A stretch of 64,000 nucleotides of DNA, taken from the NCBI GenBank assembly GCA_964016885.1, contig OZ024745.1, forward strand, positions 57,040,001-57,104,000. Reading direction: 5' to 3'. The notes under the pieces were generated by a model. The model ran no database searches, was not told where the DNA came from, and saw nothing but the letters and a program-made list of their open reading frames with translations. This stretch comes from Eledone cirrhosa. Lineage: Eukaryota. Below, in pieces: positions 57,393-64,000 of this stretch (position 1 is its first letter; the number at the start of each line of letters is the position of its first letter). A program made the translations under genes and the position numbers.

Positions 57393-58107
57393 TTAAATTA
57401 ATGTTGCATATATATATATATATATACGTTAGAATGTAAAAATGCAAAGAAATGAGGGTACACTATTTCGAATACTACCGTTAGTTTAACATGGTTTCTA
57501 TATGAAACATTCACAGGTGCTGTACTTAACTGAAACCAAAGGATATGTCAAGAAACTGGAAACTACTATTCTACCTTTTTTTGATAAATTACATGATTTT
57601 ACAATGTTCTTATATCATCGGAATTTCTATCATCACGCACATGTTTAAATCTCTAGATATGAAGGTTTTGGTGGGATAGATCATAAGTATGCATGTAATT
57701 AAGTGTTATATATTAATACTGTTAATAATATTAATATAATGATATACGTCATACATTATGAATAATAAGAGATTGTGTTTCTTCTAAAACATTTAACCTA
57801 TCGTTGCTACGAAGATTAACGTATTTATACTTGGAGGCATATTTATAAAGTAAAATCGTTAAAGAAATCTATTCATACAAGGAATTTGAAACTATGCGAA
57901 TTATATGTTTCAATAGTTAATACAATAAGAAATATGAAGGAAATGTAACTTTCATTCATGCAACAGGTCTTAAATATATGATATATAACACACTGATATG
58001 GTTTAGTGTGATGATACCCTTAGAGATGAATGATCAACTGAAATATATATCGACCGAAGCGTTATTCCATAAACACACACACACACACTCACACACACAC
58101 GCACACG

Positions 58108-58200
<93 letters not shown>

Positions 58201-58365
58201 ATGTGTGTGTATGCATGTATATATGTATGTTTGTGTTGTAAGGATACAAACCCATACCCCATATATTTATATATATATATGTATATATAAATATATATAT
58301 ATAAACATATATACATATATATATGTATATATATATGTATATATATATATATGTGTATATATATG

Positions 58366-58462
<97 letters not shown>

Positions 58463-58463
58463 G

Positions 58464-58537
<74 letters not shown>

Positions 58538-58750
58538 TATATATGTATATATATATATACATATATATACACATATATATATATACATATATATATACAT
58601 ATATATATGTATATATGTTTATATATATATATATATTAGTAAAAGGAATTCAAACTTTGTCTGATTTACTCGTTTATTTACAATGCTTTAAAATTTATAA
58701 TGGTATTAGAATGGAATAGTATGGTAAAATATTTAATGTTAAGTGTTAAT

Positions 58751-58789
58751 TGGACAAGTACTTTCATGCTTTCGCAATCTTCAAGTTCA
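58751..58789 (-). ncRNA. Hammerhead motif (C3U)
   Basis: Minus: TGAAC-TTGAAGA-TTGC GAAA GCAT-GAAA-GTAC-TT-GTCCA. Confidence 0.6.
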
Positions 58790-58868
58790 TATTGATAAAT
58801 TCAAACCCAAGTTAAATGAACAAAAATAATGGGTTATTAATCCTACTATGACTATAACTACGACCACT

Positions 58869-58904
<36 letters not shown>

Positions 58905-59206
58905 AATAATAATAAAAGTGATGTTGATGGTGATGATTACAAGAAAAGGCTTTTTCCATCATTTCTAAAAATAGCAAAACAATTGATTCTTTGGATAGGG
59001 TCAATTAGTAGTCGTTAGACATGCTAAACCAACCGTGATACCTAAACCAACCAGCTTTAGTAATCCAGTGAAACTACACACCGATTTGTCGAAATACAGT
59101 TTGCAAGATTTAGCATTGTGGAGTCACTTTTCACTGTATATAAGTCACAAAATTTACCCATCTCATTACAGTTGAAAATTGCAAACTTGACTGTCACCAT
59201 ACAATA

Positions 59207-59245
59207 TGAACCCGAAGATTGCGAAAGCATGAAAGTACTTGTTCA
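59207..59245 (+). ncRNA. Hammerhead motif (U4C)
   Basis: TGAAC-CCGAAGA-TTGC GAAA GCAT-GAAA-GTAC-TT-GTTCA; palindromic AGTACT stem III. Confidence 0.65.
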
Positions 59246-59400
59246 ATTAACACTTAACATTTAATATTCTACCATACTATTGACTTCTAATACCATTATA
59301 CATTTTAAAGGATTGTAAATAAAACGAGTAAATCAGACAAAGTTGGAATTCGTTTTATTAATATAATCTTCTATACACAATCAAACACACCCGTGTATAT

Positions 59401-59460
<60 letters not shown>

Positions 59461-59462
59461 TT

Positions 59463-59499
<37 letters not shown>

Positions 59500-59789
59500 T
59501 GGAATAGAATGAAACGAAATTTCATTTCTCACTCTTAGTTCGGCACTTACTTAAATGTAAGTATGTATGTATACGTACATACATATATGTATACAGACGT
59601 ACAGTAGCATGTATATATATATATATATATATATACATACAGGCACACATATATATATGTACGTATCAGTTTAGCGAATATGTATTATAACATTCGCTTT
59701 GTTCGTTTGTAAACAAAAGGACAGCCGTATTTATGCCGTACAGTGTTAAGGCAACCACGTCACCTTTTTGTCCAACACTGACACAGGAA

Positions 59790-59830
59790 CGATGTACTAG
59801 TTTCAAGCTTGTTAGCTATCGTTAGCACCG
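59790..59830 (-). ncRNA. Hammerhead motif (G5A)
   Basis: Minus: CGGTG-CTAACGA-TAGCT AACA AGCTT-GAAAC-TA-GTA-CATCG. Confidence 0.65.
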
Positions 59831-60239
59831 TACACCCTTCTGCCAGATGGTTGAACGTTCGAAATTATATACTTTCCTTATGAAAATTAACGGCTGAGCA
59901 GCCTAATTTGCATATCGAGTGAGTTCAGTCGGCCAGGCGCACCGAAAACGATAAATTGGAATAGAATGAAATGAAATTTCAGTTCTCACTCTTAGTACGG
60001 CACTTACTTAAATGTAAGTATGTATGTATACGTACATACATATATGTATACAGACGTACAGTAGCATGTATATATATATACATACATACAGGCACACATA
60101 TATATATATGTACGTATCAGTTTAGCGAATATTTATTATAACATTCGCTTTGTTCGTTTGTAAACACACGGACAGCCTGATTTATGCCGTACGGTGTTAA
60201 GGCAACCACGTCAGCTTTTTGTCAACACTGACACAGGAA

Positions 60240-60280
60240 CGATGTACTAGTTTCATGCTTGTTAGCTATCGTCAGCACCG
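60240..60280 (-). ncRNA. Hammerhead ribozyme, intact core
   Basis: Minus: CGGTG-CTGACGA-TAGCT AACA AGCAT-GAAAC-TA-GTA-CATCG. Confidence 0.75.
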
Positions 60281-60467
60281 TATACCTTCTGCCAGATGGT
60301 TGAACGTTCGAAAGTATATAATTTTCTTATGAAAATTAACGGCTGAGCAGCCTAAATTGCTTAAATAAGGCTGTCCGTTTGTTTACAAACGAACAAAGCG
60401 AATGTTATAATAAATATTCGCTAAACTGATACGTACATATATATATGTGTGCCTGTATGCCTGTATG

Positions 60468-60551
<84 letters not shown>

Positions 60552-60729
60552 CATGCTACTGTACGTCTGTATACATATATGTATGTACGTATGCATACAT
60601 ACTTACATATATATATATATTTATGTATATATATATGTATATAGTACGTTATTCCGGGTTGAATCGGAGGTAACCACAGTAAGTAGGGTACTCAATACAT
60701 AGCAGAGTATAAACTTTTTAATATAGATG

Positions 60730-60780
60730 AGATTCTACAGGACTAGCACTGTTTCATTCTATAGAAATCATCAGGAATCT
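60730..60780 (-). ncRNA. Type I hammerhead ribozyme with 4-bp stem III
   Basis: Minus: AGATTC-CTGATGA-T TTC TATA GAA T-GAAAC-AG TGCTAGTC CT-GTA-GAATCT; 6-bp stem I, GUA triplet. Confidence 0.8.
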
Positions 60781-61162
60781 GGCTTTCCAAAAGTAAATGG
60801 TGTAGTATTTATATCTTTTCAGGTGGTAGGAGAGGGTGAGGCGTGGGATGGATGGAGGTCATGGGTTGAAAGAAAAAAGAATTCATTAAAACCTAATTCT
60901 TTAAGGCTATAATTCATATTTAGAGTGACAATGGCACAAAGAATTCTATAAACAACTTCACAAAGGGGTGCCACTCCTTATTTTTAAGTTTCTCTTAAGT
61001 TAACAATGCCTATATTTCAGGTGTCTATGAGATCGTTGGGGGTCGTTCATGGTTGATGGATTTAAAGAAAAGGGAAATTGTTTAAAAGCTAATTCTTTAA
61101 AGTTCTACTTAGAGTGATAAAAGCCAAAACTAGAGTTTAAGTGGAGGGTCTGTGGTTTTTCT

Positions 61163-61253
<91 letters not shown>

Positions 61254-61485
61254 ATGTAAGTGTGTATGTATATATATACATATGTATATATATGTATATA
61301 TATATATATATATAGTAATAATAATAAAATTGAAGACTAAAATCCAAAGAGGGCTCGATAAGGAAAATATATATCAAATATATAAGAACCGTAGAGCAAA
61401 TATTTATTAAAATAACAGATTAAAGTTTAAGCAAAGAATCGCTGCTTTCACCCTTATATATATTTATATGTGTATATATATATTT

Positions 61486-61522
<37 letters not shown>

Positions 61523-61524
61523 GT

Positions 61525-61772
61525 AATAGGAACCAGTAAGACCCCGACAGCTGAGCTCAAGCCGTTTCGACGGCTAATTCTGGACTAAATGAAAATTTAT
61601 CCTGGTATTTAAATAACCGATCTTCTCAAGGGGTAATTCCATATATGGTCAAAGCCATTGTCAACAATCAGTAGTAACTCTGTGGTTGCAAATTAGTAGG
61701 GGAGATGGTGGCTAAACCTGCCAGTAGGAGAAAGAGGGGTGGGGGGTGGGGGTGGAGTAGACCCAATCAAGC
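61525..61772 (-). mobile_element. Palindromic family copy extending furthest upstream, containing the whole (decayed) HHR at 61541-61634
   Basis: Minus: ACCCC-TTGAGAA-GA(T)CGGTT...AGCCGTC-GAAAC-GGCT TGAGCTC AGCT-GTC-GGGGT. Confidence 0.7.
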
Positions 61773-61777
61773 GTATG

Positions 61778-61835
<58 letters not shown>

Positions 61836-61909
61836 CATATATATGTATATATGTATATATATATATATATGTATATACATATATATATATGTGTATATAT
61901 ATATATATG

Positions 61910-61963
<54 letters not shown>

Positions 61964-61983
61964 TGTGTATATATATATATATG

Positions 61984-62110
<127 letters not shown>

Positions 62111-62155
62111 ATATATACAGTTAAAAATTCCAAACTTGACTGTCACCACACATTA

Positions 62156-62194
62156 TGAACCTGAAGATTTCGAAAGCATGAAAGTACGTGTTCA
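62156..62194 (+). ncRNA. Hammerhead motif (third copy of the 59207 family)
   Basis: TGAAC-CTGAAGA-TTTC GAAA GCAT-GAAA-GTAC-GT-GTTCA. Confidence 0.6.
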
Positions 62195-62332
62195 ATTGAC
62201 ACTTAACATTTAATATTCTATCATAGTATTTCATTATAATGTTAAAGGATTTTAAATAAAACGAGTAAATCAGACAAAGTTGGAGTTCCTCTTATTAATA
62301 TAATCTTCTATACACAATCATACAGACCCGTG

Positions 62333-62417
<85 letters not shown>

Positions 62418-62454
62418 ATATATATATGTGTATATGTATGTGTGTATGGATGTA

Positions 62455-62513
<59 letters not shown>

Positions 62514-62662
62514 GTATACATATATATATATATATATATATATATTAGCCATTTCAATGGCTTGGAATTTAGTCCACGCTTTGCTTTTTTCCATGCACTG
62601 AATTATTTTTGTATAAGTTCCCAGTGTCCACGTATTTCCTGAAAACTTAGCTGAGAATAGAC

Positions 62663-62740
62663 CTCCCTGATGACGAAAGGCTTCTCCGTTGTTTCTTCGG
62701 AAACTATGTTTATTCCCTTTCAGAAACTAATTAGTTGGAG
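62663..62740 (+). ncRNA. Type I hammerhead with branched stem II containing a cUUCGg hairpin
   Basis: CTCC-CTGATGA-C-GAAAGG...GTTTC TTCG GAAAC...CCTTTC-A-GAAAC-TAATTA-GTT-GGAG. Confidence 0.75.
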
Positions 62741-63072
62741 TGAAATTTTAGTAAGTAAGTTAATTTTATAATTTTCTTATTTTACGTCTCTCCTATATAT
62801 ATATATATATGTATATATATATGTATATGTATATGTATGGGTATATGTAAATATAGGTGTATGTGTGTGTATGTGTATATGTATATGTGTATATATATAA
62901 TATATGTATATATATATATATATATGTGCGTGTGTGTGTGTGTATATATATATATAAATATATATATATATGTATATATGTATATATATGTATATATATA
63001 TATGTATATGTATATGTATATATATGTATATATGTATATATATATGTGTATATATATGTATATAAGTATATA

Positions 63073-63181
<109 letters not shown>

Positions 63182-63198
63182 GTGTATATATATATGTG

Positions 63199-63238
<40 letters not shown>

Positions 63239-63246
63239 TGTGTATA

Positions 63247-63299
<53 letters not shown>

Positions 63300-63305
63300 G
63301 TATAT

Positions 63306-63347
<42 letters not shown>

Positions 63348-64000
63348 AATAATGAACAAACAATTCCTTATATTAAACAAAAAAAGTTCACTATTTAACG
63401 ATCGTTTCTAGGGCATATATGTGCTATAATTGGTATGCATATTTAACAGATCTATGTACAAAATTATACAAAATTATACAAATTATCAAGATTAAATATA
63501 CATACCTAACTCATATATACGCCGTCTTCAGAAATAATGAAGTATATTTATTGATAATAACAACAATTCAAAATATCAGTTCAAAATTGACCAATGAAAA
63601 CACAAAGGGTTAAAAAGCAGTTTGGTGTGTGTATATACATGTAAAACCCTACACACATTTTACAATAATGTGTGTATAATATGTATGTGCATACTAAAAA
63701 GATGGATGCAAATAAAAAATTTCAAGGTTAATATCTCTGTAAGCTTAATGCGCTGATAAGATACGCAATGATACTTATGTAGTCAAGCATATAAATATAT
63801 TTTTTCTTCATACTCACACATATCAGTATAATCACACATACATGTGCGTATATATATAAATATACACATAACCACGAACACACAAACACACACACACCCC
63901 CCACTCACATTTATATATGTGGATATAAAATCATAAGCAAATAGAAATTAAGTCACTCACATAAACACACTGATACACACATTTCAAGATCAAGATACAG

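Larger units (their letters stand above)
58636..59400 (+). mobile_element. PLE-type 3' end with ~160-bp inverted pseudo-LTR (58636-58795 vs ~59202-59362)
   Basis: Reverse-complementary arms; a third copy lies at 62117-62345. Confidence 0.85.
59501..60608 (-). mobile_element. ~457-nt tandem HHR retroelement (1.9 units) with inverted 5' segment (60361-60608)
   Basis: GGAATAGAATGAAA at 59501 and at 59958; 60361-60608 is the reverse complement of the unit segment ~60010-60185; (TA)n flanks. Confidence 0.9.

Overview
AT-rich, microsatellite-dense eukaryotic DNA. It is most likely an octopod cephalopod, inferred from the tRNA-headed Deu/Nin-core SINE with (ATT)n tail and the dense TA/CA/GA repeats. 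No host gene can be confidently called, and most listed ORFs are translated microsatellites. Identifiable content: two GIY-YIG Penelope-like elements (PLEs; 7.3-8.7 kb on +, and 50.6-53.6 kb on - with an inverted pseudo-LTR), two RTE-clade LINE fragments (one 5'-inverted), two R4/Dong-like fragments in a (TACA)n tract, a CR1-like 3' end, SINEs with target-site duplications and a HINE-like element. The most striking signal is about 16 type-I hammerhead ribozyme (HHR) motifs, read by eye, spread over about 10 distinct families, most of them short, non-coding and flanked by (TA)n. They include (i) a ~457-470 nt tandem-unit, retrozyme-like family in two diverged subfamilies, with a shared 3' end that is not the cleavage site and a conserved ATGCAAAT octamer, (ii) a recurrent palindromic element that appears to be a 5'-inverted half-hammerhead, and (iii) HHR variants with a U.U or C.A at the base of stem II, or with long branched stem II. 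All structures were folded manually and none was tested computationally.
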